DNA of 64,000 nucleotides from Phycisphaerales bacterium (GTDB lineage Bacteria; Planctomycetota; Phycisphaerae; UBA1845): NCBI GenBank assembly GCA_020348265.1, contig CP070744.1, positions 3,197,866 to 3,261,865 of the forward strand, read 5' to 3'. Shown piece by piece: positions 38,410 to 47,220 of this stretch (position 1 is its first letter; each line of letters starts with the position of its first letter). The notes under the pieces were generated by a model. It saw only the letters and a program-made list of their open reading frames with translations, ran no database searches and was not told where the DNA came from. The position numbers and the translations under genes were made by a program.

Positions 38410-41243
38410 CTCCGGAGCGTCACGCCCTTATCAGAGAGGTCTTCCTCGCAGCGGTGTCGTGCCCGCCCGAGGATCGGGATGCCCTGCTGGATCAGCGTTG
38501 CGGCGACGATCACGAACTCCGACGCGAAGTCGAACACCTTATTTCGCATCACTATGATCAGACAATCACGCCGGACTCTCAAAAGGCAACAACGCCGACC
38601 GATGCGTGGCGTCAGGCGGGGCCGCAACTCAACTTGGATGCCAGAGAAACTGCAGCCCTTCCCCCGCGGACGTCTTCTCAGCCTGACGTTCCACGCGACA
38701 AGGACCTCAGCTCTGGTAGCGTAGTTGCGGGCCGATACCGCATCGTGTCACAGCTTGGCAGCGGCGGCATGGGTGTGGTATACCGTGCGGAGGACCTCAC
38801 ACTCGGTCAGACCGTCGCGCTGAAGTTTCTCAATCCAGGGATGGCCAAGAATCCGGAATGGCTAGCTCGCTTTCGTACTGAGGTTCGCAGGGCCCGCGAG
38901 GTAACGCACCCGTGCGTCTGCCGCATGTACGACATCGCGGAGGCCGATGGCAAGCACTTCCTGACAATGGAATACGTAGATGGGGAGGATCTGGACAGTC
39001 TGACCACGCGCATCGGTCGGTTGCCGCACAACAAGGCCGTGGATATCGCGCGGCAGGTTTGCATCGGCTTAGCCGCTGCCCATGATGCTGGCATTCTGCA
39101 CCGCGACTTGAAGCCGGCAAACATTATGCTCGATGGGCGAGGTCAGGTTCGCATCACGGACTTCGGCTTGGCTGCCCTGCCTGAGGAGGTCAAAGCTGGG
39201 GAGATTCGCGCAGGTACGCCGGCATATATGGCACCGGAGCAGATTGCCGGCCGGGAAGTTACGGTTCAAAGCGACATATATGCCCTGGGCTTGGTGTTGT
39301 ACGAAGTCTTCGCAGGCAGGCCCACGTTCCAGGCGAGTACTATTCAGGAGTACCACGCCCTTCACGAGAGTTCACGTCCCACGCCATTGTCGGACGTCAT
39401 TGAAGACGTACATCCGGACGTCGAGCGGATCGTCGCTCGATGTTTGGAGAAGAACGCTCAGAGTCGACCGAGTTCCGCGCTGGAAGTCGCCGCGGCGCTT
39501 CCGGGTGGGAATCTACTGGCGGCCGCTTTAGCTGCCAACTTGACCCCCACACCGGAGATGGTTGCGGCCGCAACGCCACAGGCAGGCCGTACACTGGCAC
39601 CCGCAAGGCTTCTTGTCGTTACGTTGGCTATGCTAGCGGCGCTGGTCCTCGTGCGCGGTCTGTCACCCACGTCGTGGCTGGCGCAAGCCAGCAAACCACC
39701 TGCAGTCTTGGCCGCACAGGCACGCGAGTTGATCAAGGCTGCAGGATACTCCTTCGGAACGGGTGAGCATGCCTACGGATTCTGCAAGGTGCAGGATGCG
39801 GCGGCGTTGGCACACGGCTATCGTATGCCTGACAGAATGGCCCGTCTTGCCGTTGACCCAGCGGCCGAACTGGTCTTCTGGTACCGGCAGAGCCAGGAGA
39901 TGCTCGCACCGTCGGAGGTCCGCAACGTGATGTTGGGGGCTGCACGCGTGACTCCGAGCGATCCGGTACCAGGCACGTCCGACATGGTTTCAGTCGTGTT
40001 TGACCCTTCTGGCAAGCTGCTGCTATTCGTTGCGATACCAGGCCATGAATCATCCAGCGAGGAGCAGGGGAGTGGCCCTGGGCGCGACCACTGGGATGTG
40101 CTTCTCCGACACGCCCTCCTCGACCCTGCAGATATGATTGCTGAGGATCCAGGTGTTGAGTCAATCTATCAGACGGAGCGGCGGTTTGCCTGGAAAGCAC
40201 CTGAACTGGATGGTGGGGAGGGCGCCGTCCATGTGGAGGCGATGGCATCGAACGGAAGGCCGCTCTTCTTCGCGATCGGCCAGAGCACTGAGGATGGGGC
40301 AGTGGTGCGGCATCCAGAGCGCATGGGTGCTCGTGAAACCGTCGTGACCGGTTCTCTTCGCATCGTCTTCCTTTTGATCACTGTTGTATCGATTCCCCTG
40401 GCGTGGTTGAACTACCGCGCAGGGCGGAGCGATCGAACGGGCGCGATGCGTTTGGCGATCTTTGTAGTCGTGGTTCAGTTCGTCACTTGGCTGCTGCGGG
40501 CCAAGCACGTTGCTGGCTTCAACGCTGAGCTTCAGAACATCTGTCTAGCGGGTCTACAGGCGATTGGCGTAGCGGGTCTTCTCGGCGTCTTCTACATCGC
40601 CCTAGAGCCCTTGGCACGTCGTTACTGGCCTGACATGCTGATCACGTGGAGCCGGGCCTTGTCTCTTCGTTGGCGAGATCCCACCGTCGGACAACATGTA
40701 ATTGTGGGTGTGTGTGTCGGGTGCTTCTGGGTGCTCATCGGTGCGAGCGAGCGGGCGCTGGTTAGCTCGCTCGGTTGGGAGGCACGAGCTTCCCTGCTCG
40801 CGGATACCGTGGCAAATAACCTGCTCGGGGGGCGCCTTGCTCTGGCGGGTTTTCTTAGCGCGCTTCCGTTTGCGATGTTTCGCGGCCTGTTGTTCCTGCT
40901 GCTGCTGGCAGTCTTGCGGGCACTGGTGCGCCGTCCCCTATTAGCGGCGGTGATAGCGGGCGCCATCATTGCCTCGATGATGATGCCGCGTGGCGCTCAC
41001 GTTTATACGTCGTGGTTGGCGATCGGCATCGGTGGCGTGGCTGTTGGCGTGTGGGTGATGATCCGCTACGGGCTGCTCACCTTGACCGTTGCCTTGTACG
41101 TCACGTTTGTGCTAAACACCTCTCCGATCACCTTCGACTTCCAGGCATGGTACGCGGACCAGTCGCTATACGTTCTTACCATCGTCACTGCACTCGCAAC
41201 CTACGGTTTCATCACAGCACGTTCCGGGACGACTGCGGGCTAA
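38406..41243 (+). CDS. Ser/Thr protein kinase with multi-pass C-terminal membrane domain
   Basis: GSGGMG, VALK, HRDLKPAN, DFGLA, GTPAYMAPE; ATGA overlap with the sigma gene; many hydrophobic helices at the C-terminus. Confidence 0.93.
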   Translation: MTPERHALIREVFLAAVSCPPEDRDALLDQRCGDDHELRREVEHLISHHYDQTITPDSQKATTPTDAWRQAGPQLNLDARETAALPPRTSSQPDVPRDKDLSSGSVVAGRYRIVSQLGSGGMGVVYRAEDLTLGQTVALKFLNPGMAKNPEWLARFRTEVRRAREVTHPCVCRMYDIAEADGKHFLTMEYVDGEDLDSLTTRIGRLPHNKAVDIARQVCIGLAAAHDAGILHRDLKPANIMLDGRGQVRITDFGLAALPEEVKAGEIRAGTPAYMAPEQIAGREVTVQSDIYALGLVLYEVFAGRPTFQASTIQEYHALHESSRPTPLSDVIEDVHPDVERIVARCLEKNAQSRPSSALEVAAALPGGNLLAAALAANLTPTPEMVAAATPQAGRTLAPARLLVVTLAMLAALVLVRGLSPTSWLAQASKPPAVLAAQARELIKAAGYSFGTGEHAYGFCKVQDAAALAHGYRMPDRMARLAVDPAAELVFWYRQSQEMLAPSEVRNVMLGAARVTPSDPVPGTSDMVSVVFDPSGKLLLFVAIPGHESSSEEQGSGPGRDHWDVLLRHALLDPADMIAEDPGVESIYQTERRFAWKAPELDGGEGAVHVEAMASNGRPLFFAIGQSTEDGAVVRHPERMGARETVVTGSLRIVFLLITVVSIPLAWLNYRAGRSDRTGAMRLAIFVVVVQFVTWLLRAKHVAGFNAELQNICLAGLQAIGVAGLLGVFYIALEPLARRYWPDMLITWSRALSLRWRDPTVGQHVIVGVCVGCFWVLIGASERALVSSLGWEARASLLADTVANNLLGGRLALAGFLSALPFAMFRGLLFLLLLAVLRALVRRPLLAAVIAGAIIASMMMPRGAHVYTSWLAIGIGGVAVGVWVMIRYGLLTLTVALYVTFVLNTSPITFDFQAWYADQSLYVLTIVTALATYGFITARSGTTAG

Positions 41244-41422
41244 CTGGGGCGCGTGGTCTGGATCAACTCATAGGTACAACGGTACGATCGTCAGGCAGCA
41301 TCGAGCAGGCCTACTTCAGCGATCCCATTCAATAGCAGCCGCAGGTTCCCTGCACCCGTTCTTAGACCTGGCGGATGTACTCCTTGGCTACGGCAAAGAC
41401 GGAACATACCTGCGTACGGGAG

Positions 41423-41503
41423 TTAGTCCCGGTTGAGTACGTCGGCGAGGATCATGGCGACACTCAGGGCGAATATCACAAAGACCAATGTCTGTCCTGG
41501 CAT
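41423..41503 (-). CDS. Putative 26-aa single-TM small protein (MPGQTLVFVIFALSVAMILADVLNRD)
   Basis: Translated manually; clean hydrophobic helix; weak SD; below the ORF-track cutoff. Confidence 0.35.
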   Translation of the reverse strand: MPGQTLVFVIFALSVAMILADVLNRD

Positions 41504-41616
41504 AATCGGTATTCCGTCGTGCGCGATCCGCTCGTGGCTCGTTGGGTCGTTTCAACTATCTGTGCGTCATGCGTTGCCGAGAAGGCACCGGATGGGATGA
41601 GTTGTACCGAAGATAA

Positions 41617-41931
41617 TCACCTTGCCGTCCTTCCTGTGCGACCCGTATCTTGATCGGTGTCGTCAACGTCCTCACCTTCCTCTTCGAACACCTCGCCGTC
41701 TTCTTCCTCCTGGTTTTCATGGATGGATGGGAACTCGAAGTCAGCATAATCGAACAGTTCGCCCACAGTGTCCTCGATGACGTCATTGACAACATCCTCA
41801 ACAGCTTCTTGAAGGGTCTCTTTTGCCGATGACCGGGCTGTATCAATGATGATGTCTGGAATGGCCCCACATCCTCCAGCCAGCAACGCTGCGCATACGA
41901 CCCATCTTCCACGAAACATTGTTCCATTCAT
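41617..41931 (-). CDS. Small acidic lipoprotein with amphipathic helix
   Basis: Lipobox AGGC, helix TLQEAVEDVVNDVIEDTVGELF, D/E-rich tail; GAGGAG SD. Confidence 0.65.
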   Translation of the reverse strand: MNGTMFRGRWVVCAALLAGGCGAIPDIIIDTARSSAKETLQEAVEDVVNDVIEDTVGELFDYADFEFPSIHENQEEEDGEVFEEEGEDVDDTDQDTGRTGRTAR

Positions 41932-42063
41932 TTTCGATCTCCTCGTCAGATCCGTACTGCCTGACCTCTCCGCTGATCGTCTCGGTCATGCCAAGTGAGG
42001 CAATGTCGATCGGAATTCAGCTCTGTCGCTAAACACCGGCTGCGGTTTGTTTAGTTCTTGGGC

Positions 42064-42234
42064 TCAGCCTTCCTTTGGTTCTGATCGCGCCCGACGCCGG
42101 CGAGCGGCCCGATGGGCGTCCTGCCGGGCTAAGTAGGCGTTTGTGCACCATTCGCAACAAAACATGCCGTTGCACGCCAGCCCGCAGTTTTGGCAGCGCT
42201 TTGTAGGTCTGCATGATGGTTTGTTAACTTGCAT
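42064..42234 (-). CDS. 56-aa Cys-rich zinc-finger-like protein
   Basis: Manual translation MQVNKPSCRPTKRCQNCGLACNGMFCCEWCTNAYLARQDAHRAARRRRARSEPKEG; AAGGAG SD. Confidence 0.55.
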   Translation of the reverse strand: MQVNKPSCRPTKRCQNCGLACNGMFCCEWCTNAYLARQDAHRAARRRRARSEPKEG

Positions 42235-42707
42235 CGCGTGCTCTCCTTATAGAATGTCCCCGATCTCTCTCATGGAACGCGTCATTTCCTCTCCGAATCC
42301 GCACGGGTTTTCTTGCCGGTTGATAACAAAGTAGCTCCTGATCGAGACATCTTGTGAAAACCATAACTCCTCGTGCGGACTGTCGGCGGTTTTGTCGCGT
42401 CAACCCGTGGAGAACGGTTTGGCAGGATCGGAGGGGCTTCCCTGTGTGGGACGATCTCAGCACCGCCATGAGGAACTAATGGCACGCCCAACGGGCTCGC
42501 GCCGGTGCTGAGGCGTTTCATAACCACAGGGATGGACAATCCCTTGCGGTCCAGCCAACCACGGCGTTTACGGATGGACGCCACTACTCGGACGGTCAGA
42601 ACCGACCGCTGCCTTTCAGCGCTGGGATGTTCTCAGCAGGCCGTTCGAGAGTCTTGCTAGGAGCTTGCCGGGCGGCGCAACTCCGGCCACTAAGTGGAGA
42701 TCGTACC

Positions 42708-42818
42708 ATGTTCGACTTTGGTGCTATTTTCCAACAGGTAATGGCGGGAATCACCGATCTGTTCGCAAACCAGATCCTAGGGCTGATCTCCGGCCTGTTT
42801 GGCGGGCTGCTCGGTTAG
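42708..42818 (+). CDS. 36-aa amphipathic helical peptide (MFDFGAIFQQVMAGITDLFANQILGLISGLFGGLLG)
   Basis: GGAGA SD 7 nt before ATG; regular 3/4 hydrophobic periodicity. Confidence 0.6.
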   Translation: MFDFGAIFQQVMAGITDLFANQILGLISGLFGGLLG

Positions 42819-43003
42819 CCGGGCAGCATTCTCTTACCAAGGGAAGACGCGGGGCGTCTTGACCGGGCGTTCATCTGGGGGTGGCGCGGCCCCGGGGTGG
42901 ACGCCTACTTACATACCGGTGGCGGAAACCGGACGTTTGACGGCCCTTTGTCTTGGCCTCCCACGGAAGCACTTTGTAGGTGCAGGCAAGCGAAAGAAAG
43001 ACC

Positions 43004-45139
43004 ATGCGGAATAAGCGCTTCATCTTGTCTTGGCGGCCGTCTTCTCGAAGCCCCGTGATCATGCTCGCGGTCCTTGCCGGTCTGCTGATCGGTGTGGCTT
43101 TGGTCCGGTGGCTGGGTGGAACCTATGCACAGCTTCTTATGACGGTCCTAGTCTTTGGCGTCGGTGGACTGCTGACCCGCCGTAACCTTGACGCTATGCA
43201 CTGCTTTCCGGTGGTTGCACGCATTAACCTCGCGATTACCGTGGTGTGGGAAGCCTGCAGCTTTCTGTTGATATGGACCGATCTGCGAGCGGAGTTCCTA
43301 CTATGGAGGGTCTCTTGGGTCGCACTGATCGCGGCACTCGGGTTGACGCATCTTCTTGCATTGCGCATTGCTGCAGCGGGCCAAAGCGGCATTATTAGTC
43401 GATTAGTCTGCGGCAGCGTCGTGGTCTTAACTCTTATGCTCTTGTACCACGCCGTAGCCGCACCGTTTCCGTCGTTGCCAGGCACCTTGTATCTCTGGGC
43501 GATTGCACTTCCCGCTGCGGGCACGGTCGTGGGTTCAATTGTGTTGCGGCGCTTGCTCACTAGCAGTGAGCCACAGAATGCGAGTAGGTCTTATCCTGCC
43601 GGTGCACGGTGGGTTTCGCTGTTCCATCTGGCCTTAGTTGTGATGGGGCTGCTCATAGGGCGAGCCACGGCACCACAACGGGGAATACTTGATGTGCGGC
43701 CGTCTACGCTGGCTGATCTCACACGCGAAGAACTTATCACACAGTTGGATGCTGACTTTGAGCGACTCAAGGTTCTGGATTCTGAGGTTACCGATCTGGT
43801 CCATCAGATGGAATCGCTGCAAGAGGAAATCAATATGAGGGTCAAACACGAGCAGCGCGATTACTACTTGCCGCACGAGGGCGCTCAGATGCGATCACAT
43901 TTTCGCAAATTCCTTGCTTATCGTGCGTCGTTGCTTCGCATCGTGGCAAGCTATGTGGGGCTCGACGAGCTGCCAGATCACCAGATGCGTGCGCGGTGCT
44001 TCACGCTCGGTCTTGCGGCTGCCATGAGAACTTACGATTCCAGCGTGAGAATAGTCTTGATGTACAGAGATCACGTTCTTGCTCGCCGCGCATTGAACGA
44101 GTCACAGCAGCAGCACGGGATTGACGGGGGGATGTTCGACTGGGTGTACGAGAGTGTGAGCAGTGACCACAACATAGACCTCGCGTCACGGATGACCGAC
44201 CGATTCACTCGCCATCGTCTAGAGTGGCGCGATGCGCGAGTTTGGCCGACTCCAGATTGGGACTGGTTGGATACGCGCATCGTCGCCGCTTTGAACTACT
44301 TGAGAAAGCACCCCATCGATCCGCAGTCGGCTTCTGTGGACTTGTTCCTGCGGCGTCTGGGGAATCAAGCGTATGCACCACTCTACGAGGTGCAGTCTAC
44401 CCTGGCGGAATGGATGGGCGATACGCGTATGGTCGATCAGCCACCCGCGATCCAGGACCGACAGATAAAGACGATCGAGTCCGAGCTAAGACCGGGTGAC
44501 ATTCTGCTGCAGCGTCGAGAATGGTATGTGGGGAACGCGTTTCTTCCCGGATTCTGGTCACATGCTGCACTGTATGTCGGGCAGATCGAGGATCTGCACC
44601 GGCTGGGGATCGCCAATCACCCCACGGTGCAGGCACATCTAACGGCGTATCTGGCACCCACGTTCGATGGGCGTGACCGGACCGTAATCGAGGCCCTCAG
44701 CGAAGGTGTGGTGTTCAACTCGCTGGCGGAATCGCTGCGTGCCGATCATGCTGCCGTGCTTCGCACGAACCTGTCTGAGAGCCAGATCGCTCAAGCCATA
44801 ATCAACGCGTTCGAATACCACGGCCGGCCCTATGACTTCGAGTTCGACTTCGCCACAGCAGACAAGTTGGTGTGTACGGAAGTGGTGTATCGGGCTTATC
44901 AGGGGATGCTGGACTTCGATCTGGTTCGCATCATGGGGCGTAACACGCTCCCCGCAGCGGAGATTGCCCGCAAGTTCGCGAGGGAACGACACGAGCCTGA
45001 TCATGAGCTCGATTTGTTGATCTACTATGAGACGCCTCTGGGCAGAACGTCTGCGCGACGGAGCACGGAGCAGGCGTTTGTGGGTACGCTTGCCTCGCCG
45101 GACTTGGCGAGAGCAGGGGATCCTGCCGGAGAATTCTGA
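43004..45139 (+). CDS. Multi-TM protein with C-terminal permuted papain-like (YiiX/YebB, NlpC/P60 superfamily) domain
   Basis: LRPGDILL, FWSHAALYVG (His), VIEALSEGV, PYDFEF, LVCTEVVY (Cys); several TM helices at the N-terminus. Confidence 0.8.
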   Translation: MRNKRFILSWRPSSRSPVIMLAVLAGLLIGVALVRWLGGTYAQLLMTVLVFGVGGLLTRRNLDAMHCFPVVARINLAITVVWEACSFLLIWTDLRAEFLLWRVSWVALIAALGLTHLLALRIAAAGQSGIISRLVCGSVVVLTLMLLYHAVAAPFPSLPGTLYLWAIALPAAGTVVGSIVLRRLLTSSEPQNASRSYPAGARWVSLFHLALVVMGLLIGRATAPQRGILDVRPSTLADLTREELITQLDADFERLKVLDSEVTDLVHQMESLQEEINMRVKHEQRDYYLPHEGAQMRSHFRKFLAYRASLLRIVASYVGLDELPDHQMRARCFTLGLAAAMRTYDSSVRIVLMYRDHVLARRALNESQQQHGIDGGMFDWVYESVSSDHNIDLASRMTDRFTRHRLEWRDARVWPTPDWDWLDTRIVAALNYLRKHPIDPQSASVDLFLRRLGNQAYAPLYEVQSTLAEWMGDTRMVDQPPAIQDRQIKTIESELRPGDILLQRREWYVGNAFLPGFWSHAALYVGQIEDLHRLGIANHPTVQAHLTAYLAPTFDGRDRTVIEALSEGVVFNSLAESLRADHAAVLRTNLSESQIAQAIINAFEYHGRPYDFEFDFATADKLVCTEVVYRAYQGMLDFDLVRIMGRNTLPAAEIARKFARERHEPDHELDLLIYYETPLGRTSARRSTEQAFVGTLASPDLARAGDPAGEF

Positions 45140-45152
45140 AAGGAGTTCGGAG

Positions 45153-45734
45153 ATGTACGAGACAATCAAGCCAATTGATGTGCTCGTCGGAGAAGCCAGG
45201 GACGGTCATGCTGAACTGGTGGAGGCCAGCGTCCGCGGAAGCGGCATTGTCAACAATCTCTACAGGGGCCGCAACGGTGAGGAGACACTTGCGTTGGTCC
45301 GCGACGCATGGAGAGGCTGCACGGATGCGATAGATGCTCCGTCGCTTATTCTCCTCGATTGTGGACTTCCGCGAGTAGGGGGCGTCGACGTTTTGAGAGT
45401 CCTCAGAAACGACCGGCGATATAGCTGGATCCCGATCATCATGATGACCACCGCATACAGCCGTCAGCAAGCTGAGCAATGCCGACGTCTCCGGTGCGAG
45501 GCTTATTTAACAAAGTGGACGGTCTTTTTGGGATTACCGGGCTTCGTGAGCAAAGTCAGGGTTTTGGCGAACAGGGCCATGAGAATTGCTTCGCGTCGTC
45601 TATCCACCAGTCAGATCCATGGCCACTGCCCCGTTGCGCTTGATCGACATTCCATGCTCGACGCCGCCCAGATCGACCGCCACGAACAAGAACGTATCGC
45701 GAAGGAGGTGAATGATGCATCTGTTGCGTCGTAG
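45153..45734 (+). CDS. Single-domain response regulator (Rcp1/CheY-like)
   Basis: NGEE, PSLILLDCGLP.VGG.DVL, IPIIMMTT, YLTK; AAGGAG SD before 45153. Confidence 0.8.
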   Translation: MYETIKPIDVLVGEARDGHAELVEASVRGSGIVNNLYRGRNGEETLALVRDAWRGCTDAIDAPSLILLDCGLPRVGGVDVLRVLRNDRRYSWIPIIMMTTAYSRQQAEQCRRLRCEAYLTKWTVFLGLPGFVSKVRVLANRAMRIASRRLSTSQIHGHCPVALDRHSMLDAAQIDRHEQERIAKEVNDASVAS

Positions 45735-47208
45735 TATCCGTCTGGTGATACCTCTAGTCATCGTTCTTTGTGGCGGTGGGCTTATGGTTTGGCTGCTGCG
45801 ATCCCAACCTGCGCCTAACGCACATGCAGCACCCGCCTACGTGCCCGCGGTGGCTGTCCAAACCGTCGTGCCACGGACCGCGGTCATTCCGGTTGTGGGT
45901 TATGGAACGGTTCGGCCCAAGAACCAGGTTCAGATCGTCCCCCAGGTGAGTGGTGAGCTGGTTTTTTCTCATGCTGACCTGGCGGAAGGGAAGATCATCG
46001 CCAAAGGCGAACTGCTCTTCGAGCTGGATCCGTCAGTCTATCAAGCTCGTGTTCTGCAGGCTGAGGCGGAGGTGCGGGCGTTGGAGGCAACACTCGCACG
46101 CCACGATCAGGAGATGGCCAACCTGGATGCGCGTATCGGTATTGCGCAGAAAATGCTAGCCATTGACGAACGGGACTACCTGACTTCAAAGCGTCTCCTG
46201 CAGGAGGACGGCGTTGGAACGCAGCTAGGCTTGGACGTAACCCAGCAGAAGTACCTGCAACGGCAGGACCTGGAAGTGCAGCTCAAGAACCAGCGAGCCA
46301 CGGCACCTCATCTAAAGAAAGAGACGCAAGCTCGGCTCGACGCGGCTCGCGCGAAGCTGTCGCAGGCACAGCACGATCTGAGAAACACTAGGATCTTCTG
46401 CCCGTTTACCGCGCGGGTCGAGTCGGTCAAGGCATATCAGTCACAGATGGTGACCGCCCATCTGTCCATTGCAACGCTTACCGATATGGAGGCTTTTGAG
46501 CTTCCCATTGGCGTCGACCCACGTGAGCTTCGCTGGTTGGATGAACAAGTTCAGCCGCAGGCGCTTGAGGAGGAATCGGGTCAGCCGCAGCCTGAGGTCA
46601 AGATCGCATGGTCAGTTGCAGGCCAAGACGCCCAGTGGCGCGGTCACGTGGCACGATTCGCACGTATGGATGAAATGACGCGGACCGCTCGCATGATCGT
46701 TGAGATCCGTGGCGCCGATATGGCTGCGGATCGGAGTGGTCGGACACTCGATGGTACCCCTGCGATCTCAATCGGAATGCACTGTCGAGCGGAACTTCCG
46801 GCAAGACCACTGGACGAGGCGGTGTTGATCCCCTGGCACGCAATCCATGAGGATCGCTGGGTATACGTGTTCGAGCCGGCGACCGCGGGAGCCCAAAAGA
46901 GTCTTGGTCGGCTCGGACGTCGAGAGGTGAATGTATTGCGCATGGTGGGTGACGAAGTCCTCGTTGACTACCACGGTTACACCGGTCCACACAGAAGTCA
47001 GCTTAAGTCGGGCGAGCAGCTAGTCGTGTCGCGTTTGGCCGACCCGGTGGTGGGTATGCAAGTCGCGCTGCGGCGTACGGGGGAATCCGCTCCTGGCGGT
47101 TGGGATATGGAGAACGCTGCCGTGCCGGCGGAGCTTGCAAAGATGGGTACGGAGGCCGTACGCTTGGCAATGAAAAACTCCGCGGGGCAAGGGGCACTGC
47201 GAGAATAG
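45712..47208 (+). CDS. RND efflux periplasmic adaptor (MFP)
   Basis: GYGTVRP, PQVSGEL, LFELDP..Y, coiled coil, I.CPFTARV. Confidence 0.88.
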   Translation: MMHLLRRSIRLVIPLVIVLCGGGLMVWLLRSQPAPNAHAAPAYVPAVAVQTVVPRTAVIPVVGYGTVRPKNQVQIVPQVSGELVFSHADLAEGKIIAKGELLFELDPSVYQARVLQAEAEVRALEATLARHDQEMANLDARIGIAQKMLAIDERDYLTSKRLLQEDGVGTQLGLDVTQQKYLQRQDLEVQLKNQRATAPHLKKETQARLDAARAKLSQAQHDLRNTRIFCPFTARVESVKAYQSQMVTAHLSIATLTDMEAFELPIGVDPRELRWLDEQVQPQALEEESGQPQPEVKIAWSVAGQDAQWRGHVARFARMDEMTRTARMIVEIRGADMAADRSGRTLDGTPAISIGMHCRAELPARPLDEAVLIPWHAIHEDRWVYVFEPATAGAQKSLGRLGRREVNVLRMVGDEVLVDYHGYTGPHRSQLKSGEQLVVSRLADPVVGMQVALRRTGESAPGGWDMENAAVPAELAKMGTEAVRLAMKNSAGQGALRE

Positions 47209-47220
47209 TGAGGTTTCACG

